The notes under the pieces were generated by a model, which saw only the letters and a program-made list of their open reading frames with translations, made no database searches and was not told the DNA's origin. Below, piece after piece: positions 1-7,285 of a stretch of 32,000 nucleotides of DNA (within the stretch, counting starts at the first letter, position 1; every line of letters begins with the position of its first letter). A program made the position numbers and the translations under genes. The DNA comes from Microcystis aeruginosa NIES-843 (GTDB lineage: Bacteria; Cyanobacteriota; Cyanobacteriia; Cyanobacteriales; Microcystaceae), in assembly GCF_000010625.1 (NCBI RefSeq), contig NC_010296.1:2940001-2972000 (forward strand). Direction: 5' to 3'.

Positions 1-2
1 CC

Positions 3-119
3 GTTGCCTATGCTTCCCCCCAAAACTGGGATCAATCGAAACCCCTTCTCTATGTGGGTTCGGCAATTTGGGCGATTTTAGTCGTTGCCGTCGCTATTTT
101 AAACTTTTTAGTGATTTAG
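3..119 (+). CDS. psbZ: Photosystem II protein PsbZ (Ycf9), C-terminal part; 5' end lies outside the window
   Basis: Frame 3 is open from the window edge to TAG at 117-119. It reads [38 protein letters not shown], which matches the conserved loop (ASPxxW) plus second TM helix of cyanobacterial PsbZ as I recall it. psbZ-ribH adjacency is also recalled from Synechocystis. Confidence 0.7.
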   Translation, partial: VAYASPQNWDQSKPLLYVGSAIWAILVVAVAILNFLVI

Positions 120-127
120 CCTTGATC

Positions 128-296
128 AGGAGACGGGAGACAGGAGGAGATAGGGTGATAGGGTTTTGGGGTGATAGGGTGATGAGACAGCTTCCCCACT
201 ACCCCACTACCCCACTACCCCACTACCCCACTACCCCACTACCCCACTACCCCACTACCCCACTACCCCACTACCCCACTACCCCACTTCCCACTC
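128..296. repeat. Tandem-repeat spacer: G-rich units followed by 11 perfect CCCCACTA octamers
   Basis: 128-187 holds caggagacgggagacaggaggagatagggtgatagggttttggggtgatagggtgatg. 194-281 holds 11 exact copies of CCCCACTA, decaying to ccccacttcccactcc by 296. This fills nearly the whole psbZ-ribH spacer. Confidence 0.95.
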
Positions 297-312
297 CTAT
301 CCCCTTCTACCT

Positions 313-858
313 ATGACTGTTTTTGAGGGAAATTTTACCGAGGACATATCCTCTTTGCGCTTTGCGATCGTGATTGGTCGTTTTAATGATCTCGTCACTG
401 ATAAACTGTTATCAGGCTGTCAAGACTGTCTCAAGCGTCACGGGGTTGATGTCAATCCCGATGGCACCCAAGTCGATTATATCTGGGTACCGGGTAGCTT
501 TGAAGTGCCAATGGTAGCCCGTCAAGTCGCCCTTTCCCACCGTTACGATGCCGTTATTTGTCTAGGGGCAATTATTCGCGGACAAACGCCCCATTTTGAC
601 TACGTTGCTGCCGAGGCCGCTAAAGGTATCGCCGCAGCCGCTTTTCAGACCGGTGTTCCCGTTGTCTTCGGTATTCTCACCACTGATACTCTACAACAGG
701 CCCTCGAACGGGCCGGTATTAAAAGTAATTTGGGCTGGAATTATGGCCTATCTGCCCTAGAAATGGCTAGTCTCATGCGTCAATTGCGCCCCCGGAATGA
801 AGATAAACCCCTAGAATTATTGGAAAATAATCCCCAACAGGCACTGATGGAAGGCTAA
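313..858 (+). CDS. ribH: 6,7-dimethyl-8-ribityllumazine synthase
   Basis: 181-aa [47 protein letters not shown] and [12 protein letters not shown] are typical lumazine synthase blocks. Confidence 0.93.
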   Translation: MTVFEGNFTEDISSLRFAIVIGRFNDLVTDKLLSGCQDCLKRHGVDVNPDGTQVDYIWVPGSFEVPMVARQVALSHRYDAVICLGAIIRGQTPHFDYVAAEAAKGIAAAAFQTGVPVVFGILTTDTLQQALERAGIKSNLGWNYGLSALEMASLMRQLRPRNEDKPLELLENNPQQALMEG

Positions 859-912
859 GAAAATTCCCCCGGCATTTAGGATTTTAGTTGTCCCCACTCC
901 CGGAGTTCCACT

Positions 913-1100
913 GTTGACATCCTCACCGCCGTAAACGGACGGTGATTCCCAAACCTCACGATTTAGGTTTCTGCTTCTTTCCCTTGCGGGGTTCCGCACC
1001 TGCCTTAACAGATTTACTCTGTTCTGGTCTTATGGTCGCTCTACAGACTGACACCGCAAGCCCTGCGGCCAAAATATTTTTACTGGCGTTAATATCTCGG
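913..1100 (-). ncRNA. Candidate omegaRNA (reRNA) scaffold of copy A, overlapping the tnpB 3' end and RE
   Basis: In characterised TnpB systems the guide RNA scaffold is made from the tnpB 3' end plus the RE. This stretch is identical between copies A and B and ends in the RE hairpin. Extent is not determinable from sequence alone. Confidence 0.35.
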
Positions 1101-2144
1101 TCATGGTGCGTCCCACAGTCTGGACAATCCCATTCTCGAACATTTAACGGCATTTTCAAGGGCAATATACCCGCAATTACTACACCTTTTAGAGCTAGGA
1201 AACCATCTATCTATTTCGATGTAGTTTCTCCCATACCAACGGCATTTATAGGCTAATTGTCGGGTAATTTCTCCCCAGCTTACATCAGATATTGCCTGAG
1301 ATAATTTCGGGTTTTTGACCATATTCTTGACGGCTAAATTCTCAACCACAATCGTTTGGTTTTCCCGAACTAATTGAGTGGTTAGCTTGTGTAAATGGTC
1401 TTTCCTGCTATCGGTGATTTGAGCGTGAATTTTGGCTAATTTGATTCTTGCCTTTTCTCGATTCTTTGAGTCTTTCTGTTTTCTAGAAATATTTTTCGAT
1501 GCTCTTCGCAACCTCTGATAATGCTTTTTAAAATGCTTGGGATTAGACACTTTATCGCCATCGCTGGTAATCACGAGGCTACTAATTCCTAAGTCAATTC
1601 CGATGGCTTTATCTGTTACTGGTAATGGCTTAATCGTTGGGTCATCAAATCTTATTGAAATATGCCAACGTCCAGAAGGATGTAATCTGACTGTTACTGT
1701 GCTTGGTTCACAGCTTTCTGGTATTTGTCTTGACCATCGAATAGGTAAGGGTTCTGTGCATTTGGCTAAATAGATTTGTTTGTCTTTAAATTTAAAAGCA
1801 GACTTGGTAAATTCGGCACTTCCTCCTTGATGTTTTTTCTTAAAGTTAGGATACTTAGTACGACCAGCAAAGAAGTTAGTGAAAGCTGTTTGTAGGTGTC
1901 TTAACCCTTGTTGTAAAGGTACACAGCTTACTTCGTTTAAAAAGTTTAATTCTTCTTGTTTTTTCCACTCGGTTAGCATTGAAGAAGTTTGAGCGTAGCC
2001 TACTCTTTCTTGTCTTTCGTACCATGCTTGTGTTCTGACATGGAGAGCTTTGTTGTAAACTAATCTTACACAGCCCAATGTGCGCCGCAATAGCGACTCT
2101 TGTGTTGGTGTGGGGTAAAATCGGTAAGAATAGGCTTTTTCCAT
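956..2144 (-). CDS. tnpB: TnpB (IS605 OrfB) RNA-guided endonuclease, split by a +1 frame break near 1151-1170 (ORFs 1101..2144 and 956..1165)
   Basis: The N-terminus [12 protein letters not shown], RuvC-I IGIDLGI, RuvC-II VVENL and zinc-finger half CSNCG are in the long ORF. The second zinc-finger half and RuvC-III ([23 protein letters not shown]) are in the +1 frame ORF. Confidence 0.88.
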
Positions 2145-2234
2145 GTCTCACATTTTAGCATATATCGTGTAAATGCGCTAATATTTAACGGTAAAGCCGT
2201 CGTAGAACGACGGGGTTTCAGACCCAAATTTTCG

Positions 2235-2567
2235 ATGAGCGAAGCTGAACAGAACAAATATATTAACCAACTCAGACGGCAATTAGTCAACGCTGTCGAG
2301 AGAATCAAGACTCTGGAATTAGATTTAGAACCAGAGGGGCGGATTACGGCAGCTTTTGACGCTATGGAACGGCATATAGATGAAAAATTCGCCGCCATTG
2401 ACAAGCGCTTTGATCGCTTGGCACATCAGTTCAACCGACTACAGGCTAAGATAGAAGTAGTTCTCGAAGCTATTACCGGTTTGGGGGACTTGCCGGAAGA
2501 TGAATCATTGTCAAAAAATGCTCCAAACTACTTGACAAATGCTCTGAGATTTGGCATACTCAGGTAA
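2235..2567 (+). CDS. Hypothetical coiled-coil protein (110 aa)
   Basis: The tracked ORF 2100..2567 has its first 135 nt inside the IS left end. The first ATG outside the IS is 2235 (MSEAEQNKYINQLRRQL...). Heptad-like sequence; no family recognised. Confidence 0.5.
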   Translation: MSEAEQNKYINQLRRQLVNAVERIKTLELDLEPEGRITAAFDAMERHIDEKFAAIDKRFDRLAHQFNRLQAKIEVVLEAITGLGDLPEDESLSKNAPNYLTNALRFGILR

Positions 2568-2585
2568 GTGTGAAAAAAACGGCTT

Positions 2586-2657
2586 GCGGGCATAGCTCAG
2601 TGGTAGAGCGTCACCTTGCCAAGGTGAATGTCGCGCGTTCGAATCGCGTTGCCCGCT
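2586..2657 (+). tRNA. tRNA-Gly (anticodon GCC)
   Basis: Cloverleaf folded by hand. Acceptor gcgggca/tgcccgc, D arm gctc-agtggta-gagc, anticodon arm tcacc-ttGCCaa-ggtga, T arm gcgcg-ttcgaat-cgcgt, discriminator T. CCA is not encoded. Confidence 0.93.
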
Positions 2658-2828
2658 TGAAAAAATCTTGAAATATACCTTAAGGTCAGGATGAATAATT
2701 TAGGGATATCCCTTAAGATGGGAATTACCCGTGAGCAATAGGGTTGAGGATTTTGGGCAACCATTGAATACCTTAGCCATTGACCACGAGCGACTAAAAA
2801 CAACCGTTTATAAACAAAAATTTAGCTT

Positions 2829-3236
2829 GTGCGACCGCATAAATATACCAAAATCGACCAACACCAAGACTATCCTTGTCCCTGTCGTCGGAAAGGGACA
2901 TTATGCCCGATTTTATTGACCGATGCCTTTGGCTGCGATCGCTGTCAACAGATATTTGTGGTACAGGAAAACGGCCAAATTATCGAACAATTAGCCCCCC
3001 ACTATCCCTATAAACGCACTTGGCGCTGGACGGGATTTCGTTGGGTGAGTACGAATCAGCGTCTTGGGGAAGGAGTCTTGCCCCTGATGATGGGGATAAT
3101 TCTGTTATTATCGGTCGTCTGGCTACCGTTAATCTTGAAATCACCGCCGGGGGTAAGCGTGATTTTTGGGGCAATTCTAGTTATGCTATTAGTTATTTTG
3201 CCCGCATTCATCTTTTGGTTAGCCTATCGACGCTAG
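2829..3236 (+). CDS. Hypothetical membrane protein with N-terminal Cys-rich (CPC...CDRC) zinc-ribbon-like segment
   Basis: 135-aa ORF with a GTG start. It has a Cys4 pattern followed by two hydrophobic helices (LPLMMGIILLLSVVWLPLIL and VIFGAILVMLLVILPAFIFWLAY). Confidence 0.55.
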   Translation: MRPHKYTKIDQHQDYPCPCRRKGTLCPILLTDAFGCDRCQQIFVVQENGQIIEQLAPHYPYKRTWRWTGFRWVSTNQRLGEGVLPLMMGIILLLSVVWLPLILKSPPGVSVIFGAILVMLLVILPAFIFWLAYRR

Positions 3237-3246
3237 ACAAGAATCT

Positions 3247-4494
3247 ATGATCGAAAGTTCCCCCAAAACCCCCCCGACGATCTTTAAGCAAGCATACAAT
3301 GCTTTTCTGGATCTGGGTCAATTCAATGGCAACGAAAGAAATCGCGGGGTAATCGCGATCGCTAATGGCATTAAAACTGGCTTTGATCGCATTTTAGAAG
3401 CCAATACCCTCGATTTAGAGGTCAGTCGAGAGATGGCCGTCTCAGAACAAATGATTCGCTGGTTACGGTTAACTCCCGAACGTTTAGAGACGACGGTGGA
3501 GGTATTGCAACAACTAGCGGAAGCATCGGATCCGCTGCAACAGGTAATTAACGCGGCCTATCAACTTAATCCGTCCCAAACCTATTGCCAAAGGATGCCT
3601 TTAGGAGTGATTGCCTTAGTCTATGAAGGTTTTCCCGAATTAGCGATGGTAGCGGCGGGATTTTCCCTAAAAAGTGGCAATAGTTTGATTATTCGCGGTT
3701 CCAATGCCTCTAGTCATTCCGATGGAGTGATTACGGAAATTATCCAAGAAGCATTGGAAGATGTGGGTTTACCGGTGGATTGTGTTAGTGGTTTACCCTG
3801 TGATTCTAGTCCCTCCCTAGAGGAGTTGGTGACGCAGGAAAATTATGTTAATTTGATTATTCCCTACGGTCGCCCTAGTTTAATCGGTCAGGTGAGTCAA
3901 TTGGCCACGGTTCCCGTTTTGCGCGCGGCCATGGGAAACTGTTATTTGTATTGGTCTCCTAGTGGCGATTTGGAGTTAGCCCGTCAGGTAATTATCGATA
4001 GTCATGGCAGCATACCCGATCCGGTTAACGCGATCGAAAAAGTTTTAATTAGTCCCCATCAGAATTCTTCGACTTTAAGTCGTTTGTTTAAAAGTTTGCA
4101 GGAAAAAGGCTTTAAATTGCGGGGAGATACCCGATTAGCGGCGGATTTTCCGGAACATTTAACCATTGCTACCGATAATGATTGGCAAAGACCCTATTTA
4201 GAAAAAAAGCTGGCCTTTAGGTTAGTGGATACCCTAACTGATGCGATCGCTTGGATTAATAAGTATAGTAGCGGTCATGCCGATTGTATTGTCACCGAAT
4301 CCTATCGAGAAAGTCGTCAATTCGCCATGGAGTCCGATAGTGCTTTAGTTTATATCAATTCTTCACCCCGATTCGATCGCAATCCCAAACAGGGAGAATC
4401 GGTATTTTTGGGCATTTCCAACCAAAAAGGCCAGCGCCGGGGGTTAATCAACCTAGAAACCTTTACCACCCTTAAACAGGTGGTGCAGGGGTAG
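3247..4494 (+). CDS. proA: Gamma-glutamyl phosphate reductase (ProA) family protein, divergent paralog lacking the catalytic Cys
   Basis: Collinear with E. coli ProA as recalled: PLGVIALVYEGFPE, LKSGNSLIIRG, GHADCIVTE, NSSPRF. The active-site block RPSTCNTVETLLV is IPDPVNAIEKVLI here. Confidence 0.75.
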   Translation: MIESSPKTPPTIFKQAYNAFLDLGQFNGNERNRGVIAIANGIKTGFDRILEANTLDLEVSREMAVSEQMIRWLRLTPERLETTVEVLQQLAEASDPLQQVINAAYQLNPSQTYCQRMPLGVIALVYEGFPELAMVAAGFSLKSGNSLIIRGSNASSHSDGVITEIIQEALEDVGLPVDCVSGLPCDSSPSLEELVTQENYVNLIIPYGRPSLIGQVSQLATVPVLRAAMGNCYLYWSPSGDLELARQVIIDSHGSIPDPVNAIEKVLISPHQNSSTLSRLFKSLQEKGFKLRGDTRLAADFPEHLTIATDNDWQRPYLEKKLAFRLVDTLTDAIAWINKYSSGHADCIVTESYRESRQFAMESDSALVYINSSPRFDRNPKQGESVFLGISNQKGQRRGLINLETFTTLKQVVQG

Positions 4495-4523
4495 TTTTGG
4501 TGAACTGGGTATTGTTAAGTTAG

Positions 4524-4745
4524 CTAGGGTTTGCGGCAAAAAGTTTTTCGTGGGGACAGGGTGTGGGGTGTGGGGTGTGGGGTGTGGGGTTTTAGGGATT
4601 TTGAGGGGGTCAGTTACCTAATTTTCAGGGAAAAAGTCCCGGAATTTTACCCCCGATCACTCCAATGGTTGGCACTTTTTGAGGGAAAAAAAGTCTAAAA
4701 GTCTTACCCAACAAGGTTTTTAGATTTATTCAGCCAACCCTACCT
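4524..4745 (+). repeat. MITE-like repeat, copy 1 (contains a GTGTGGG heptamer run)
   Basis: Aligns by eye with 26461-26696 (same orientation) and 6001-6235 (inverted). Shared blocks: gcggcaaaaagtttttc..gggtgtggggtgtgggg.., acctaattttcagggaaaaagtcc.ggaatttt, and ggcactttttg...aaaagtc.aaaagtcttacccaacaagg. Confidence 0.85.
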
Positions 4746-4929
4746 AGTGGTCTGCGGCAAAAAGTTTTTCGTGGGGGTAGGGGTAGGGTTGATTCATGAA
4801 TCAACCCTACGACATCGGGGGGGTCGGGGGGGCGGGGGCAAGAGGCAAAAGGAGGAATAAATAATCAGTCTTTAATAACTGGATTTAGTATTAGAACAAT
4901 GGCGAGAAAATGAGCGTTTGGAACTGAAA

Positions 4930-5745
4930 TTACTGTCCAAATAAAACCGAACTATTGCCAGATCCTTGGAACAAGATCCAGGTCATCAGCAGATTAGATA
5001 CAAAAATCGCTAAGAGCATAGTGACTACGGCCGCGGTAGTAGCTTGGCCGACTCCTTTAGCACCGCCATCGGTCGTTAAACCCCAATTACAGCCGATAAT
5101 CGCGATTAAAGCCCCAAAAACCACCCCTTTAACCGGTCCACTCAGCACATCTCCCACACCCAGAAAACCGCGAACCGAGTCGAGAAAAACTGAATTGGCA
5201 ATCCCGTATAAACTTTGGCCGACCAGCAAACCGCTACCTAAACCGATCAGCAACGCCATAACACTCAAAGCGGGAACCATCAGACAACAGGCAATTAAAC
5301 GGGGCAGCACCAGATATTCCACGGGATCGGTTTTGAGCATATAGAGTGCGTCGATCTGCTCTGTCACCTTCATGGTACCGATTTCCGCCGCAAAAGCCGA
5401 TCCTACCCGACCGGCTACCACGATCGCCATCATAATCGGACAGAGTTCCCGACCGAGAGCAAGGGCCAAAATTCCCCCCACCATACTGCCAGCGCCCAAA
5501 GCTTGGAACTCCCGGGCCACTTGGATCGTAAAGATCATCCCGATCACCGCGGCCGTGATCATGGCGATAATCAGCGAGGCAGGCCCAGCTGCTACCATTT
5601 GTTCTTGGGTGACGCGCCAATCGGGTTGGCGCGTGAATAGGAAGTAAAAAACCCTGCCGGTCAATAGTACCGCTAACCAACAGCGCCGAAACCAAGAGCT
5701 TAATTCCTTGCTAAAAATCGCCAATAAATCCTTCATGGTCCCCAA
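4930..5745 (-). CDS. mlaE: MlaE/TGD1-family ABC transporter permease (lipid trafficking type)
   Basis: 271-aa polytopic ORF. QVAREFQALGAGSMVGGILALALGRELCPIMMAIVVAGRVGSAFAAEIGTMKVTEQIDAL is the MlaE signature region. Confidence 0.85.
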   Translation of the reverse strand: MGTMKDLLAIFSKELSSWFRRCWLAVLLTGRVFYFLFTRQPDWRVTQEQMVAAGPASLIIAMITAAVIGMIFTIQVAREFQALGAGSMVGGILALALGRELCPIMMAIVVAGRVGSAFAAEIGTMKVTEQIDALYMLKTDPVEYLVLPRLIACCLMVPALSVMALLIGLGSGLLVGQSLYGIANSVFLDSVRGFLGVGDVLSGPVKGVVFGALIAIIGCNWGLTTDGGAKGVGQATTAAVVTMLLAIFVSNLLMTWILFQGSGNSSVLFGQ

Positions 5746-5834
5746 AATCGATCGGACTAGAGAAAAGTCTATCCTGTTTTGTCTTCTAATACCAAATCCT
5801 GTTATAATAAAACGAGTAAAAACAAGGAGATAAA

Positions 5835-5909
5835 ATGCCCAAGAAAGCTTACTTAGCCGAACATCTAAGTTCAGAGGAACTGATACTAAATCTGGTTATT
5901 AAAAACTGA
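5835..5909 (+). pseudogene. Possible N-terminal remnant of a transposase (24 codons)
   Basis: aaggag SD followed by ATG, then MPKKAYLAEHLSSEEL. This resembles N-termini of cyanobacterial IS630-type transposases from memory. The ORF runs into the inverted-repeat block at 5884 and stops. Confidence 0.25.
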
Positions 5910-6000
5910 TTATTTATTCCCCCTTTTGCCTCTTGCCTGTTGCATGAGTGCCTCTCCTCTATAAGTAGCCTATACTCAACGGATTTAGTATAAGCGGTTT

Positions 6001-6235
6001 AAATAGGGTTGGCTGAATAAATCTAAAAACCTTGTTGGATAAGACTTTTGGACTTTTTTCCCCTCAAAAAGTGCCAGCCATTGCGGGGATAGGGGGGAAA
6101 ATTCCGGGACTTTTTCCCTGAAAATTAGGTAGTTGACCACCTGAAAATCGATCAAACCCCACACCCCACACCCCACACCCCACACCCTGCCCCCAGAAAA
6201 GCTTTTTCAGCAGCCCCTAAATAGGGTTGGCTGAA
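6001..6235 (-). repeat. MITE-like repeat, copy 2 (inverted relative to 4524-4745)
   Basis: The reverse complement aligns with copy 1, including the ccccaca x4 run (6160-6187). Both ends carry aaatagggttggctgaa. The tracked ORF 5985..6185 lies inside it. Confidence 0.85.
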
Positions 6236-6255
6236 AAAGTTTGCTCCCCCTAAAT

Positions 6256-7209
6256 TATAGTCATTTCAAATAAGTGTGAGACGAGGGAAAAATAAGGTAA
6301 AATCAAGAGAAACGAGCAACCCATACAGAAAAATGTCTTATAGCCTAGACTTGAGAAAAAAAGTAATCGATTATGTAGAGAATGGGGGAAGCATAACCAA
6401 AGCCGCCGCTCTATTTAATATAGGAAGAGCGACGATATATAGATGGCTAGGTAGGGAAAAACTGGAAGCAACAAAGGTAAAACACCGTCAGAGAAAGCTG
6501 GACTGGAAAGCACTGTCAAAAGATGTCCAAGAAAATCCCGAGGCAAGATTAAGAGACAGAGCCGAGAAATTTGGAGTGAGACCAAGTGCCATTTGCTATG
6601 CCTTAAAAAACATGAAAGTTACCAGAAAAAAGAAGGAACTTCGTTATAGAGAAAGAAACCGAGAAGAAAGAATGAAATACTACAGAGTGCTGAGAGAATT
6701 GATTAAAATATATGGAAGTGAAAGCCTTGTATTTATTGATGAGTCAGGGTTTGAAGAATTTCAAGCCTGTTTTTATGCTTGGTCAAAAAAAGGGAAGAAA
6801 GTCTTTGGAGATAGACAAGGAAAACGAGGAAAAAGAGAGAACCTTGTCGCTGGTAGAAGAAAGGGAAAAAAAGACTTTATTGCACCGATGGTATTTACGA
6901 GAAGCCTGAATGCCGAAGGTTTTGAAGGGTGGTTATCTTTATATTTGTTGCCCTCTCTAACCATAACATCAGTATTAATTATGGATAATGCACCAATTCA
7001 TCGGAAGACAGTCATTAAACAACTGGTAGAGGAAGCAGGTCATCAGGTCGTGTTTTTGCCAAAATACTCTCCTGATTTAAATGATATCGAACATGATTTT
7101 AGTGCATTAAAGAGGGCAAGAATGTATGCTCCTGTGGGGACACCCCTTGATGAAATTATTCGTACTTATTGTGTCGCCTAGTGTCTCGTTCTTATTTGAA
7201 ATAACTATA
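6256..7209 (+). mobile_element. IS630 (Tc1/mariner) family insertion sequence
   Basis: Terminal inverted repeats tatagtcatttcaaataag (6256-6274) and cttatttgaaataactata (7191-7209). A TA dinucleotide at both outer ends is consistent with TA target duplication. One transposase ORF inside. Confidence 0.85.
6333..7181 (+). CDS. IS630-family DDE transposase
   Basis: MSYSLDLRKKVIDYVENGGSITKAAALFNIGRATIYRWL (HTH). DDE-type blocks LVFIDESGF, LIMDNAPIHRK, PKYSPDLNDIEHDFSALK. The tracked ORF starts at GTG 6276 inside the TIR, so ATG 6333 is preferred. Confidence 0.88.
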   Translation: MSYSLDLRKKVIDYVENGGSITKAAALFNIGRATIYRWLGREKLEATKVKHRQRKLDWKALSKDVQENPEARLRDRAEKFGVRPSAICYALKNMKVTRKKKELRYRERNREERMKYYRVLRELIKIYGSESLVFIDESGFEEFQACFYAWSKKGKKVFGDRQGKRGKRENLVAGRRKGKKDFIAPMVFTRSLNAEGFEGWLSLYLLPSLTITSVLIMDNAPIHRKTVIKQLVEEAGHQVVFLPKYSPDLNDIEHDFSALKRARMYAPVGTPLDEIIRTYCVA

Positions 7210-7234
7210 TCCTTAAAAAGAGTGACTTAAAGCT

Positions 7235-7257
7235 GAAAAAAGGGGCTTTGCGCCCCC
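7235..7257 (-). terminator. Rho-independent terminator of ndhF
   Basis: The minus strand reads gggggcgcaaagcccc followed by ttttttc, about 30 nt after the ndhF stop. Confidence 0.7.
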
Positions 7258-7285
7258 AAAAGTCTTTAGTTAACGGATTAAAAAT

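Larger units (their letters stand above)
913..2234 (-). mobile_element. IS200/IS605-family, tnpB-only (IS1341-type) element, copy A
   Basis: This 1322-bp unit is repeated in inverted orientation at 24066-25387. Left end (minus strand): cgaaaatttgggtctgaaaccccgtcgttctacgacgg, with hairpin ccgtcg/cgacgg. Right end: ...ggaatcaccgtccgtttacggcggtgaggatgtcaac, also a hairpin. No Y1 tnpA ORF lies inside. Boundaries are +/-3 nt. Confidence 0.85.

Noticed and set aside
68-316. 82-aa ORF with a PHYPTTPL x5 repeat
   Set aside because: It is simply the translation of the CCCCACTA octamer array (3 units = 8 codons) and the G-rich repeats. It has no start context and overlaps the psbZ 3' end and the ribH start.
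1537-1773. 78-aa antisense ORF inside tnpB, present in both IS copies (also 24527..24763)
   Set aside because: Its presence in both copies follows from their nucleotide identity. The differences between the copies are nonsynonymous in this frame (G/R, T/G, L/W), and no family is recognised.
2100-2234. N-terminal 45 codons of the tracked ORF 2100..2567
   Set aside because: This part is IS left-end sequence read on the opposite strand and is identical in copy B, where no such ORF follows. The first ATG outside the IS (2235) is the plausible start.
2936-2943. Frequent GCGATCGC (HIP1) octamers throughout the window, e.g. 2936, 3353, 4245, 11088, 14293, 15450, 20761
   Set aside because: This is a well-known cyanobacterial genome-wide signature. 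It is useful for taxonomy but is not a locus-specific feature.
4955-5695. Three overlapping ORFs (129, 153 and 91 aa) within the mlaE region
   Set aside because: They are alternative-frame or antisense readings of a GC-rich membrane-protein gene, with low-complexity Pro/Arg/Gly-rich products. The mlaE frame has clear family signatures.
5985-6185. 66-aa ORF (MWGVGCGVWG...)
   Set aside because: It lies wholly inside MITE copy 2 and translates the CCCCACA repeat. The equivalent frame is not conserved in the other MITE copies.
6276-6332. N-terminal extension of the IS630 transposase from GTG 6276
   Set aside because: It starts inside the terminal inverted repeat. The conserved transposase N-terminus (MSYSLDLRKKVI) begins at ATG 6333.
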